This document shows, in pieces, positions 9,283-20,150 of a DNA stretch of 64,000 nucleotides. Below the pieces are notes generated by a model, which worked only from the letters and a program-made list of their open reading frames with translations, was not told the DNA's origin and did not search any database. A program made the translations under genes and the position numbers. The stretch's first letter is position 1, and every line of letters starts with the position of its first letter. The stretch is from the NCBI GenBank assembly GCA_963788655.1, contig CAWBHS010000058.1:32001-96000 (forward strand), in the 5' to 3' direction. This DNA comes from an uncultured Verrucomicrobiae bacterium. GTDB lineage: Bacteria > Verrucomicrobiota > Verrucomicrobiia > Limisphaerales > JAFGQR01.

Positions 9283-11040
9283 TCAAAGTTTCAGAATCGA
9301 ATTGGGCGGCGGCACTTGCTCCGTTTCCGGAGCCGTTTCCGCCGCGGGCTTTTCCGGAGCCAGCGACATGGTGATCGCCTCGCGCCGATCCCAAAAATGG
9401 TCCACGTCCGCGTTCATTACCCCGACGTCCAGCAGCAATTGCAACCGGGCGGTCAGGTGATTGACCAGCGCCGCCGTCAGGGCGTCTTGCGAACGGACCA
9501 GTGAATCCTGCGCATCGCGCACATTGCGGACGGTACGGCGACCCGCCTGGAGCGAGAGTTGTTCACCTTCCACCCGCCGTTCGGCAATGGCCACCGCATT
9601 GGTTTGAATAAAATAAGACCGCCGCAACTGCTCCAAGTCACGCAGGCCGCTGTCGATCTGGTCCTTCTTGTTGTCGATCGCCAGGCCCAACGAACGGACG
9701 GCCTTCTCAAAATTAATCAACGACCGCCGGTAAGAGTTGCGTTCATTCAGCCGGTCAATTGGCAAATCCAGCCCCAGGCCCACGCCCGCTTGGATGTCGT
9801 CCGTGCTGAACTTCGTATAATCCAGCGGGGCCACCGGCGAAATCGAGGCATCCGCCTGCAACGTCAAATCAGCTTTTAATTGGTTCGCGGCCACCCGTAC
9901 TAGACGTTCGCTGTCCTCGAACGAATCAATCTGATTCAGCAACTCCAACTGGTGATCAATCGCGATTCTGAGCGCCCGTTCCTTATCCACCGACAGGGCA
10001 ATCAAACCAACCTTGCGCAACTCGTTCAGGGGGGACTCGTCCAATTCAAGGTTCACGCTCAGCGGCAGTCCCAACGTCAACTTGAATCGATCCAAATTGT
10101 TCAAGTACGTGGTGGCGGCCTGAATGTAACTGTTTTTCGCTGTCAACTCCTCACTCCGCGCTTCATCCACGTCCAGCTGGCTTTGCAGTCCCGCCTTGCC
10201 GCGCTCCTCGGTGTATTGAATGGTTTCCAGCCGGCGCTGATAATCGTTGTAGGCGTTCACCAGTTGGTCGCCGTTTTGCAGGATCCGAAAATAGGCGGTC
10301 ACCACATCGACCTTGAATTGACGCTGATACTGACTGAAGGTGCGCACCGCGTAAATGACGTTGCGTTCGGCCTGGGTCAACCGCTCCGCAGCCACCGTTT
10401 TGCCGGCCCCGCGCAACAAGGGCTGGACCAGGTTCACCGAGAAAGCCGAAACCGCTGAACGCGACGGATCGCCGGTGTAGAAACGCAGGAAATCGTTGAC
10501 CAGCCGCAAGGTCAGACTGCCGCCGGACTTCAACAACTGCCCCACCTCGACTGTGCTCCGGGCGGAACGCAAATCCCATTCGCCGTTCTCCCGGCGGTAG
10601 GTGGCAGAGCCGCCGGCGGAAAAAAGCGGCCGGAAGTCATGGCGCGCGCCGGTGAGGGCCAAGGCTTCAAGATACAATTGCTCTTTGGCGGTCTGGTATT
10701 CCCGGCTGTTCTTGACGGCGAGAGCCAGTGCCTCCTCGATGGTCAGCTTCCTGGCGTTCGCTTCCTGGCGCCGCTTGATGATTTCTTCGGCCCGGACCTC
10801 GGCCGGTTTACGATCCGAATAGGGCGTCGTGATGGTAAACGAGGTGGATTTGCCGAACACCTCTTGCTCCGCCTGCTCGACAATCTGGTACACCTCACGA
10901 TCTGCGGACTTGCGATAATGGGAGGTCGAACAACTGGTACAAAAAGCCAGAACCGCGGCGATTGACAGCGCCAGACTCCGGTCCCAAAGGGCCGGTTTCA
11001 ATATTTTTGAAATGAGGGGAAATCGTTTTTGCAAATCCAT
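9283..11040 (-). CDS. TolC-family outer-membrane efflux lipoprotein
   Basis: Lipoprotein-like N-terminus, LTIEEALALAVKNSREYQ, QPLLRGAG, helical repeats; first gene of the adaptor/ABC operon. Confidence 0.88.
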   Translation of the reverse strand: MDLQKRFPLISKILKPALWDRSLALSIAAVLAFCTSCSTSHYRKSADREVYQIVEQAEQEVFGKSTSFTITTPYSDRKPAEVRAEEIIKRRQEANARKLTIEEALALAVKNSREYQTAKEQLYLEALALTGARHDFRPLFSAGGSATYRRENGEWDLRSARSTVEVGQLLKSGGSLTLRLVNDFLRFYTGDPSRSAVSAFSVNLVQPLLRGAGKTVAAERLTQAERNVIYAVRTFSQYQRQFKVDVVTAYFRILQNGDQLVNAYNDYQRRLETIQYTEERGKAGLQSQLDVDEARSEELTAKNSYIQAATTYLNNLDRFKLTLGLPLSVNLELDESPLNELRKVGLIALSVDKERALRIAIDHQLELLNQIDSFEDSERLVRVAANQLKADLTLQADASISPVAPLDYTKFSTDDIQAGVGLGLDLPIDRLNERNSYRRSLINFEKAVRSLGLAIDNKKDQIDSGLRDLEQLRRSYFIQTNAVAIAERRVEGEQLSLQAGRRTVRNVRDAQDSLVRSQDALTAALVNHLTARLQLLLDVGVMNADVDHFWDRREAITMSLAPEKPAAETAPETEQVPPPNSILKL

Positions 11041-11280
11041 CAAACCCGCACATCTACACAGACCAAATCAATGCGGCGGAGGTTACAGTCTTTTCGCAAA
11101 CGAAACTACGCTATATGACAGCACATCCGCAGCCGGTCTAATACCATAGCGGATGGCCGCCCCCGAATGCAAGCCTCTTACGCCCGGCTGATCGCCTGTG
11201 CCGAGCGGGGCTGAAGGGTGAAATCCAAAATGGTCAGGCCCGACGGAGGCTTTTCCGGCACTCACCCAAAATAGAAACTC

Positions 11281-11317
11281 CTTCGGCCTTCGGCTTTCGG
11301 GCTTCGGCCTTTTGGCC
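11281..11317. repeat. Short heptamer array (CTTCGGC-type, about 5 units)
   Basis: cttcggc cttcggc tttcggg cttcggc cttttgg, immediately downstream of the stop of the 11317-13194 gene. Confidence 0.75.
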
Positions 11318-13194
11318 TAATACCAGTTCACGAACAGGTCGCGATGATTGCCCTTTCCGAGGCGTCCCAAGCGTTTCCCATGCGGTCCCACCCACACCAC
11401 TGTGGGCTGGCAATCCGCACTCGTCTCAAGCCGATGCGATCCCGCGGTCAATTCCACAATCCCGCCGGCGAACGGTTTGCCATCGAGCGTTCCGGTCACG
11501 CGGCCTTCCTCCAGCGGTTCGGTGATGCTGGCCCAACCTTCCGGGTAGGTTCCCGCCAAATCGGAACCCGCCAACGTGGCGATGCGATACCGTCCAGCGT
11601 GAACGATTTCAAAATCGTCGCCGCCGTTGGCCAACACTTTGCCCAGCACCCAAAAGTCGTCGGCCACGGACACATAACGTTGACGCATAAACTCATGATC
11701 CTCGTCGGCCAGCCAGTCCAGGCGGTAACTGGGAATGATCACCGCCGCCGGTTGCGCCGTAAGCATGTCCCGCACGGTCGGGCCAGGGCCCTCCAAAAAC
11801 TTCTTGAGGTTCAGACTGTGGAGCAGCCACTGGAAATGGATGCTGCGCCGGGTGGGCACCAGGCCGATGCCGTCATAAACGGGATCTTTGATGGGATCCG
11901 TCACCGCTTCGGCAGTCAACATCAGTTTTGTCTGCCGGTAATTTGGTTGGTCCCAATGGCGCCGGGTTGCGGCGGCGAACGGCTCCAGATGGGCGAACAC
12001 CACGACGCCGATGATCAGCGGTCGCAACGTCGCGCGTTCCGTGATGGAATCGACCACTTGGGAGGCATAGCGGAACGCCAACAGGAAAGCAAAAGGGACC
12101 CAATTGACCAGATTGTAGGGAAAAGGCGTGGGATTGATCACCAAGGCCATAAACGCAACCAGGAACAGCAAAGCTTCCGGCACGTAACCGTCCCACGTCA
12201 AGGCCGCCCGGCCCCGGCGGCGCAGGTCCAGGGTCACGGCCACCAGTGCCGCCGATAGCAGCCCCAGCAGCAAGGGCGTCTGATGCAACAATCGTCCCAA
12301 CGGATGCCATGGAGGGAAGCGATTTCCGTCACTGGAAATTTCCGAGGCCCATCGCAAGATGGCGACGTAGTCATCCCAGATTCCCAGCACCCCATACAAC
12401 ATCCGGAGCACCACGAACATGCCCAGCGCTCCGGCCGCCCAAGCCAAAGCCAGCTTCCAACGGGCGTCCTTGGCTCCGGGCGGGAATACCAGGATGGCCA
12501 AGGAAATGGGCAGCGTATAGGCCATGGCTTTGAACGCCACGAATTGGAGTGCCACAACGAGACATCCCACGACGAAATACGCTGGCCGGCCCGGTGGCCG
12601 TACGCGCACCAGACACCACATCAGCAGCAGACCGCTGAGCAGCACGTTATCGTGCCGGATCTCCATCCCATAATCCCAAAGCGGAGCGAGTGTGGCGGCG
12701 CTCAACAGCGCGATCAACCCCCGCCGGGACAGGAAACGTTCGCCCAGGGCCAGGACCATCAGAACCAGGTTCAGCCAATAGACCTCCCACATCAGGAAAC
12801 GGCAGGAGGTAAACAAATCCGCCGACCGGGTCGCCTGACGAGCCCACCACGCCAACGGCAATTGAAACAGCGACAAGTTGCTGTAGGCCTCGCCAATCCG
12901 TCCGTCTGACAGGATGCGGGCCGCGTTGACATTCTGGCACTCGTCCACTTGATAAATGCGATCGCCGGCCAGCTTGAACGACAGCCAGACCAGGCTCGCC
13001 AACCCGGCAAGCAATAGGATGACCGGCAAGCGCGCCGCCACGGAGCGAGCGATGGCGGCAGCCTGTCCCGAGGCCCCGCTTTGCCGGCGGGGGACGGTGG
13101 CAGCAGTTGCGGCCGCCTCGGCTCCGGTCGTCGATGGACACCCGTCGGGAATCAGGCCATCGGCGCTCGCGGAATATTCGTTAGAATTCTGCAT
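11317..13194 (-). CDS. Polytopic membrane protein, putative GT-C fold glycosyltransferase (ArnT/PMT-like)
   Basis: About 10 or more TM helices; DE motif in the first external loop (RIYQVDECQ); EIRHD motif; soluble C-terminal domain. Confidence 0.6.
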   Translation of the reverse strand: MQNSNEYSASADGLIPDGCPSTTGAEAAATAATVPRRQSGASGQAAAIARSVAARLPVILLLAGLASLVWLSFKLAGDRIYQVDECQNVNAARILSDGRIGEAYSNLSLFQLPLAWWARQATRSADLFTSCRFLMWEVYWLNLVLMVLALGERFLSRRGLIALLSAATLAPLWDYGMEIRHDNVLLSGLLLMWCLVRVRPPGRPAYFVVGCLVVALQFVAFKAMAYTLPISLAILVFPPGAKDARWKLALAWAAGALGMFVVLRMLYGVLGIWDDYVAILRWASEISSDGNRFPPWHPLGRLLHQTPLLLGLLSAALVAVTLDLRRRGRAALTWDGYVPEALLFLVAFMALVINPTPFPYNLVNWVPFAFLLAFRYASQVVDSITERATLRPLIIGVVVFAHLEPFAAATRRHWDQPNYRQTKLMLTAEAVTDPIKDPVYDGIGLVPTRRSIHFQWLLHSLNLKKFLEGPGPTVRDMLTAQPAAVIIPSYRLDWLADEDHEFMRQRYVSVADDFWVLGKVLANGGDDFEIVHAGRYRIATLAGSDLAGTYPEGWASITEPLEEGRVTGTLDGKPFAGGIVELTAGSHRLETSADCQPTVVWVGPHGKRLGRLGKGNHRDLFVNWY

Positions 13195-15209
13195 GTTGCG
13201 TCAAAGGAAGCTCCGCATGACGGTTTGGAATCAACCCGGCCAGTTCATTCGCGCGATTGCCGCCCACGTTGGAACGAGATAGTGACGTTGTCGCCGCCAA
13301 CGTTTTCTTCGGTGTTTCGTCGAGGAAATGCGCCTGGTAAAGCTGCATTCGGCAGTCGCGGTAATGCGGCATCTCGTCGGTGTTCACGACCCTCACAAAT
13401 TGGACCGCTCGTCCGTAGTGTTCCCGGTAGAAAACCTGCAAGGATTCCAGCGAGGTGTGGTTCATCAGGAAGAAGACGTTCGGGCCGGTCCACCACCGAA
13501 AGCGAATAGGGCTTGAGTCCGCGCCGGCGCAACACTTCGCGAAACAACGGGGAGTGCGTGAGCCAACCATAAGGCAGAAGGTCGAAGGGAGCTGCCGCGC
13601 CCAAATCACGATAGATCAAGCATTGTTCCCACACCGCGTCGTGAGGCAAGGTAATGAGAATCGGTTTCGTTCCCGCAGGCAGGAGCGCCTTGATCGGATC
13701 GAACAACTTCTGGCTGATTTGCCTCAGCTCGCGATGACGCGCGTCGGCATACCAGAGGCATTGGCCCAGGTTGAACAGGATCGACGCATAGAGCGCACCC
13801 CAAACCAAAATGGGCAATCCCCACCACCGGGAGCGGGGCGCGTTGGGAGCCGACTGGTCGCGTTGCCCGTGCGTGCGTCGATCAAAGCCGGTGGCCCAAT
13901 ACAGACACACCAGGTTCAGGAACAGCGGCAGGTTGTACGCCACCCGCGGCGGCAGCCGCGCGGTGGTCTGGAGATAAAACGCCAGTGCCACGAATAGCCC
14001 GTAATACGCGGTCAGGGTGACCAAGCAACGCCGGCGATTTGCTCCGGCGGCGAACCAGCACCAGAGCCCGTTGAGCAACGCCAGATTCAGCAAGATGCCG
14101 GAATCGCGGCCCAGCACCGACGCCAGGTGCAACCGGTCCCACGAGAAACGGTTGAGGATCGGATTGCGATTATCATATCCCTTCAACGCGACAACAAACC
14201 GGCGCAGTCGCGGGAGGTCCGCATAGACCGCGGCGTCCGGGAAGAAGCTTTTCGCGAACATCGTTGCATCGTTCTCGCTCCAACCCGCAGCCGAAGCCGC
14301 CCGGGAAGCGTTGCGGGTGAGGGGAGTGCCGTACACCTCGCCGCGCAGTTGGTTGTATTCCCGGAACGTGCGCCAACCCGGATCGCGATCGTAGTACCAG
14401 TGGTCGATTCCGCGCAGGGCCACAAACAACGCCGCGCCGGTCAAGCCCAGTCCCGCCAGCCGCCGCCAGCCTTTCCAGCCGAAACGCTCGAGCAGAAACG
14501 GCACCGCCACCATCGCCAGGAACAGCGCGACTTCCGCGCGGATCATGATCATCAAGGCAATCAACCCGGCCCCGGCAATGGTTTGGAGCCAACGCACCGA
14601 CCGACCGGGGGCCAGCGAATCCACCAGCAGCATTAGCCCGGCGGCGCCCGCCAAAAACGCGGTGGTAGTGAACTGCAGGCGAAGCAGAATGTGAATTTCC
14701 GCGATCAGGAAGAATCCCACATACAGGGCCACCGGCAACCACCCGCGTCGGCGGCGGATGACCACATAGCCAATGGCGGTCAGCGCGACATAGTGGGCCG
14801 CCACCAGGTAAAGAAAATACCAGTTCCATCCAGCCCCGAGGTGATAAAGAGTCCGCAGCAACCAACCAATCGCGACGTGCGTGAACACCAAGAACTCCGA
14901 AGGCGCTCCGGTGTAGAAACCCGAAGCAATCAGTTGCATGGCCAGGTCGTCGTTCGTTTCGTAAGCGGGCGTCGCAAGGGCGAAAAATCCAGCGAACAGA
15001 CCGGCATTGACCAACAACGCCAGGAAAAGTGGCCGGGAGACACCGGTGCCGATCAAGCGGATCAGTTTGGAAAACCGCCCCGAGGCGCCGACCTTCTGGG
15101 CCGGGTCAACCGTTGGACCCAAGGCGGAAGTGATCCTACCGCTCAGCCCACGGTTCCCGGGGACCTCCAGGTCGCCATGGTTGATCGAAAGCTCGTCCGC
15201 GTTCCCCAT
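13181..15209 (-). CDS. Polytopic membrane protein, putative GT-C/GtrII-like glycosyltransferase; +1 indel near 13482
   Basis: YETNDD acidic motif after TM1; many TMs. SVVDRP joins NVFFLM after removing one base, and the restored stop overlaps the next gene start. Confidence 0.58.
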
Positions 15210-15216
15210 TGTCCGT

Positions 15217-15834
15217 TCAGTTGGCGCACCGCATGATCAAGTGCGTGTACGGGATGCGCAACAGGTCGGTACACAAATGCGATTCGATCCTGGCAAATGT
15301 CTTCTCCGCCAGATGAAGGTATTCGTCGCGCCGACGCACAAACTTGCCACGGTCCCGGCGCAATAACCACCGCGCCACGCGGGATTGCTCCGGCACAAAG
15401 CAGCCGTCGTAGGTCATCAAACGTCCGCCTGGCGCCAACGCCTCCCGGGCCAACGCGAACAGTTTGACGGCCCGTTCATCATCGAGATGGTGAAGAACGC
15501 CCGTGGCCATGACCAAGTTGAACGTTCCCAGCTCCCGTTCCAACGTCGCGAGCCCCACGTCGCTGCAGAGAAACCGGCCGCGTTCGCCAAAGCGTTTTCG
15601 CGCCGCGTCAATGTAGTCCGGACTGAGGTCCAGCCCCACGTACTCCACCGCCGGCAGGAAATGCAACACGTCCCCCGGTCCGCAACCAATGTCCAGGACC
15701 TTTTCGCCGGCGCGCGGTTGGACGTAGCCGGACAAGTATTTTTGCCAGGTTTGCTCGCCCCCGACCAAGCGGGAGAACAGCCGGTACGCCACCGGCAGAC
15801 CCAGACCCTTAGCAAGCCAATCAAATAGATTCAT
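15217..15834 (-). CDS. Class I SAM-dependent methyltransferase
   Basis: KVLDIGCGPG motif I, YVGLDLS, GVLHHLDD, LAPGGRL. Confidence 0.92.
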   Translation of the reverse strand: MNLFDWLAKGLGLPVAYRLFSRLVGGEQTWQKYLSGYVQPRAGEKVLDIGCGPGDVLHFLPAVEYVGLDLSPDYIDAARKRFGERGRFLCSDVGLATLERELGTFNLVMATGVLHHLDDERAVKLFALAREALAPGGRLMTYDGCFVPEQSRVARWLLRRDRGKFVRRRDEYLHLAEKTFARIESHLCTDLLRIPYTHLIMRCAN

Positions 15835-15865
15835 TGTTAATTTCGAGTGAATATGTTTGCCAACC

Positions 15866-17089
15866 TCAACCCGCTTCGGCGATCGGGAAGGATCGTTCCG
15901 ATTCCAAATCGGACGCCAGCGACAGCCGCACGATGCGCCCCTTCGTCGTGGCCCGGAACTTCCGGACCGTTTCAATCACGCGACCTTGATCGGCGTGACT
16001 CAGTGAATTGTAAAACGGCAAGCGGACGAGGCGTTGGCTGACGTCCGCGGCAACCCGGCATGGATCGGGCTGCCCGCCAAAGCGTTGTCCCATCGGCGAC
16101 TGGTGCAAGGGCACGTAATGGAACACCGCCAGCACCCCGCGTTGCTTGAGATAGGTGATGAACGCCTTACGGTCTTCGACGGAGGGCATCAGCAAATAGA
16201 ACATGTGATACGCCTGCTCACAGTGCGCGGGCACATAAGGCACTTGGATGTCATTCGCTTCCGCCCATTCGGTCAGTTGCGCGTGATAGTGTTCCCAAAT
16301 CGCCCGGCGGCGTTGCTGAATTTCCCCGGCCTTCTCCAATTGGGCAAAGAGGAACGCCGCCAGCACGTCGCTCATCAAATAGCTCGATCCAATGTCCACC
16401 CACGAATACTTGTCCACCTGGCCGCGGAAAAACCGGCTGCGATTGGTCCCTTTCTCGCGGATGATTTCGGCGCGGTCGATGTAACCAGCTTCATTGATGA
16501 GCAACGCCCCGCCTTCGCCGCAGGTGATGTTTTTCGTTTCGTGAAAACTCTGCGTGGCCAGCGCGCCGAATGTGCCCAGCCACTTCCCCCGGTATTTGCC
16601 GAACAGCCCGTGCGCGTTGTCCTCCACCACAGCCACGCCATGGCGCGCGGCGATGTCCAGGATCGCGTCCATTTCGCAACCCACCCCCGCGTAGTGGACC
16701 GGCACGATGGCTTTGGTCCGCGGGGTGATGAGCGCTTCCAGCCGCCGTTCGTCCAGGTTCAACGTATCGGGCCGGCTGTCAGCAAAGACGATCCGGGCGC
16801 CACGCAAGGCAAAAGCGTTTGCCGTCGAGACGAAGGTGAAGGATGGCACAATCACTTCGTCACCCGGCTGGAGGTCCAGCAGCAGGCCGCACATTTCCAA
16901 CGCGTGCGTGCAGGACGTGGTGACCAGGGACTTCTTGACGCCCAGGGCCTGTTCCAACCAAGCGTGGCACTTCTTGGAATAGGTCTGGTCGCCGGCAATC
17001 TGGCCGATGGTCATCGTCCGAAAAATGTTTTCCAGCTCGCGCCCGAGCAGCGACGACTGGTTGAACGGAATGGAGGGTTGGTCAGACAT
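15866..17089 (-). CDS. wecE: dTDP-4-amino-4,6-dideoxygalactose transaminase
   Basis: TTSCTHALEM, PSFTFVSTANAF, SFHETKNITCGEGG (PLP lysine), EKGTNRSRFFRGQVDKYSWVDIGSSY, characteristic of RffA/WecE. Confidence 0.92.
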   Translation of the reverse strand: MSDQPSIPFNQSSLLGRELENIFRTMTIGQIAGDQTYSKKCHAWLEQALGVKKSLVTTSCTHALEMCGLLLDLQPGDEVIVPSFTFVSTANAFALRGARIVFADSRPDTLNLDERRLEALITPRTKAIVPVHYAGVGCEMDAILDIAARHGVAVVEDNAHGLFGKYRGKWLGTFGALATQSFHETKNITCGEGGALLINEAGYIDRAEIIREKGTNRSRFFRGQVDKYSWVDIGSSYLMSDVLAAFLFAQLEKAGEIQQRRRAIWEHYHAQLTEWAEANDIQVPYVPAHCEQAYHMFYLLMPSVEDRKAFITYLKQRGVLAVFHYVPLHQSPMGQRFGGQPDPCRVAADVSQRLVRLPFYNSLSHADQGRVIETVRKFRATTKGRIVRLSLASDLESERSFPIAEAG

Positions 17090-17154
17090 GGGTTTGGTTC
17101 ATTCGCAGCCGCCGTTCTTCGCCTCTCGCCGCGTTTCAAACGCAACGACAACCT

Positions 17155-17910
17155 TCATGGCACCTCCTCCTCTTCCAGTGCCGAGGCCACGGTTCTTCGA
17201 GGCAAAGGGTCCAATTCGCGAACCCACAACCACTGCCCCTCGGGCGGAAGAAACTTGGCGCCCAATTGGGAATAGACATTCAGTACCGGCGTATTGCGCA
17301 CACTGAACGCCGCGTATCCGACCGCCACGCCCAGGTCCGCGTAAGTTTGCAACGCCTTTTGATACACGTGCGCCCCGCTCACCACGGCGTCCGCCGCCAG
17401 CATCGCCAGGATCAACCACAAGCCTTTCTCGGTCCGCCGGGATAGGAACCATCCCTGCGCCTGGCCCTGGTGCCGTACGCACAAGCACCAGTCCGGCTGC
17501 TCGCTCGCAAGCTGATTCGCCCACCGGGCGTAGCGCTCGTTGAGCTTCTCGATGGTGCAGCCGGGCAGTTGCTGAAACCGTTCGTGCTCGAAGCTGCGCA
17601 CCGCCTTGGGCTCGATGACGAATGATTCTTCACGCGCCGATGGGCAGGTCAACGCCGCCACCGACGCGGAAACGGGGAGCGTCTTGAGTCCCAATCGGAA
17701 TGGGAGTTGAACGTCCACCAGCGCAAAGCCGTGCTTGTGGAGCAAGAAGCTCGATGGCGCGGCTGCCAAGGGCGCTTTGAATTCCACCCAGGAAAACGGG
17801 TCCAAAGCGGCGCGGGTCTCGGCGCAGTCGCCCAGAAAGAAGGACGGATCGTCGATGGTCCCCACGGGTTCGCCCCACCAGGCCGTGTTGTAGGAATTTT
17901 CCTTGATCAT
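17155..17910 (-). CDS. Putative GNAT-fold N-acyltransferase (WecD-like)
   Basis: NTAWWG start, FEHERF...YARW, SVRNTPVLNVYSQLG (GNAT N..A..xY..xG motif); adjacent to wecE. Confidence 0.6.
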   Translation of the reverse strand: MIKENSYNTAWWGEPVGTIDDPSFFLGDCAETRAALDPFSWVEFKAPLAAAPSSFLLHKHGFALVDVQLPFRLGLKTLPVSASVAALTCPSAREESFVIEPKAVRSFEHERFQQLPGCTIEKLNERYARWANQLASEQPDWCLCVRHQGQAQGWFLSRRTEKGLWLILAMLAADAVVSGAHVYQKALQTYADLGVAVGYAAFSVRNTPVLNVYSQLGAKFLPPEGQWLWVRELDPLPRRTVASALEEEEVP

Positions 17911-19094
17911 ACGCGCAAGACCACTTCTTCAAATAATTGACGCCAAAAGTTGGCCCCATCCCAGACGGGTCCAAAATGGTGCATGGCGGCCAGCGGCACA
18001 AACCGCTTGACCGGTGTTGCCACCAATCCTCGCCACCACATCGGATCGTCCGGGTGACGAATACAGTGGCCGACTGTTTGAATGTTGACGGGCAACGTCG
18101 CGACCGTTTGATCCAGGTTCGCGGCCATGATCGCCAGAGTCATCAAGCCGGTTGGTTCGGGAAGCCCCGATGGTCCGGACACCAACACGGCGGCCTGGCG
18201 CGGCGCGGTGGACGCTTGCCAACCTTGCGCGAGCGCCAATTGACGGTGCAGGATGTTGCCTGACGCCACGTGCATCGGGACCTCCTGGCGAACGACTTTG
18301 GACCAGAGGTTGACGAGCCGTTGACGCAGCGCCCCGGCATCCGCCGGCGTACCGTCCAACACGACCACCCGGCGCGGCGACGTGCAGCCGGCCCGTCCGT
18401 AAATGGCAAACACCTTGATCAACGTCATCAGGTGTTCGTCGGACAACGCCGCCAATTCCACCCAAGCCTCTGAAACATGATCCCCAAACGAAATGGCGAC
18501 GCTGTCGGCGGGATGCGGCAGCGCATGCACCGCCGCTACCGCCGAGTCCGATCCAAACACCACCCGCACCTTGGCGGCGGCCGCCATCTCGGCGTTGCGT
18601 GGACTGTTCCGGTCAAATTGTTCAATTTGCACGTGCTCGCGCAGGTATTCGGCGAGATTGCCTTTCGGCAAATGCTCGACCGCGTAGTTGACGAAGGCCG
18701 CCGTCAGGTCATCCGCCCGCGAACCGGTTTTGATCCATAACGGCGCACCGGTGAGGCTGGCGAGGATCAGCGTCAAGGGCCCCAGCAAGCTGACCGTATT
18801 GGGCAACCAGATGGCGATCATTCCCCGCGGTCGCACCAACATCGCCGGAAGGCCATCGGCATCATGCAGCATCTCGCCAAACGACTGACGGAAGGGGTGC
18901 TCGAGATTCGGACGATCTAAAAACAAAGTCAGGTAGGCCCATTCATCACGCGTGAATGGGGCAGGCACTTGCCGCACCATGCTCAGCCGCAACTCCGCCC
19001 AGTGTTGCAACCTCTCGGCCAGATCAAAATCCAAAGCGGCCACAGTCGCGCCCTGCGGAGTTCGAAAATATTGGAGTTGGGCGGAGGATTGCAT
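17907..19094 (-). CDS. LuxC-like acyl-CoA/acyl-protein reductase
   Basis: PRGMIAIWLPNTV, VVFGSDSAV, YGRAGCTSPR (catalytic Cys), HHFGPVWDG. Confidence 0.8.
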   Translation of the reverse strand: MQSSAQLQYFRTPQGATVAALDFDLAERLQHWAELRLSMVRQVPAPFTRDEWAYLTLFLDRPNLEHPFRQSFGEMLHDADGLPAMLVRPRGMIAIWLPNTVSLLGPLTLILASLTGAPLWIKTGSRADDLTAAFVNYAVEHLPKGNLAEYLREHVQIEQFDRNSPRNAEMAAAAKVRVVFGSDSAVAAVHALPHPADSVAISFGDHVSEAWVELAALSDEHLMTLIKVFAIYGRAGCTSPRRVVVLDGTPADAGALRQRLVNLWSKVVRQEVPMHVASGNILHRQLALAQGWQASTAPRQAAVLVSGPSGLPEPTGLMTLAIMAANLDQTVATLPVNIQTVGHCIRHPDDPMWWRGLVATPVKRFVPLAAMHHFGPVWDGANFWRQLFEEVVLRV

Positions 19095-19103
19095 AGTAGT
19101 TTC

Positions 19104-20150
19104 TCAAACATTCGCGCAACCGCGCACTTCCGCCTTGGGCACGCGACCCAACAATTCGAACCGTTGCCCTGACCAACCGCACGGACACTTGCTGGGATGG
19201 AGTTGTCCGCGGTCTTCGGTCAGCACACTGTGGTAGGGTGCGCCCCAACTCAGCACGTTCATCAACTGCAACAGGCCCGGTTGATTCTCCAGCGGCTCCA
19301 GCGTCCACGGGTCCCGCACCAGCACGCCCGCCCAACGCGGCACATGCCGAAAGCCCGCGTCGCACAACGGGAAGATCATACCCACCTGCTCGACCAATCC
19401 GTAATAATCCACCACCCGAGAACCCGGCCCGGCCGTGGCCAGCAAAGCCGCGTCAAACTGCTGCCGGTCCACGCGCCCGGCTTCCAGCCGTTTCCACCCG
19501 CCGCTATGGACAAAGTGTATTTCCGTTTCAGCCAACGCCTGACGAATCTCGTCGGGAATGGTGGCGCTGGCCCACGCTTGCCAGAGCATCCAAGTAAAGC
19601 CATAGACCAGCAGACGCCGGTGTCGGCTCAATACCTCGGCCAACTGATCCCAGCGCATCGAGGCGGGCGTGTCAGCAGCCCCAAGGAGGAAGTGCATTTC
19701 CGTCGCCAACGGCCGGAGGCTCATGGCCGCGGTAATCCGGGCCGAGACTTCGCCCCGCATGCGGAGAGACTGCGCGCTGTCCAAGATGACCAACGGCCGC
19801 TGCCCATCGCCGACCAGTTCGCGCAAAATCGCGGCACTGCTTTGCCCCTGCAATTGGGAACTGCGTTCGTCCAGGACAATCATGCTGGCCGTTGCTTGCG
19901 TCGTGCTGGAACTGCGCAAGGTGCGTTGGTGATTGATGTCCAGTCCCGCAGTTTTCCACACCCGGTGCTTGAAGACGCCCACGTGGAGAAAGGGCAAATC
20001 CTCGACCTGCCGCGCTTCCGTCCATTCCGGCCAGACTCGCCGGTAGTCGGGACAACCCTCCAGATGCCAGCGACACAGCGCGTTCATCTCCGCCAGAAAC
20101 GCGTCGTCATCCCGGGCGGTGAAAGGAGCGGTGTTTAGCAACGGGCTCAT
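19104..20150 (-). CDS. LuxE-like acyl-protein synthetase (in frame with the upstream Fe-ADH in this assembly)
   Basis: LPFLHVGVFK, SSSTT, HSGGWK, DYYGLVEQVG, HSVLTEDRG, GRVPKAEVRGCA; has its own ATG at 20150 with GGAGAA upstream. Confidence 0.85.
   Translation of the reverse strand: MSPLLNTAPFTARDDDAFLAEMNALCRWHLEGCPDYRRVWPEWTEARQVEDLPFLHVGVFKHRVWKTAGLDINHQRTLRSSSTTQATASMIVLDERSSQLQGQSSAAILRELVGDGQRPLVILDSAQSLRMRGEVSARITAAMSLRPLATEMHFLLGAADTPASMRWDQLAEVLSRHRRLLVYGFTWMLWQAWASATIPDEIRQALAETEIHFVHSGGWKRLEAGRVDRQQFDAALLATAGPGSRVVDYYGLVEQVGMIFPLCDAGFRHVPRWAGVLVRDPWTLEPLENQPGLLQLMNVLSWGAPYHSVLTEDRGQLHPSKCPCGWSGQRFELLGRVPKAEVRGCANV

Noticed and set aside
17099..17101. Selenocysteine read-through into wecE
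   Set aside because: WecE has no known Sec form and I could not identify a SECIS-like hairpin; kept only as a mini-ORF observation.
15866..17910. Enterobacterial common antigen cluster
   Set aside because: Only wecE and a wecD-like gene are present; no wecA/B/C/F/G, wzxE or wzyE.
17907..20150. Bioluminescence (lux) operon
   Set aside because: No luxA/luxB/luxD; luxC/luxE-like genes sit within sugar-modification genes.
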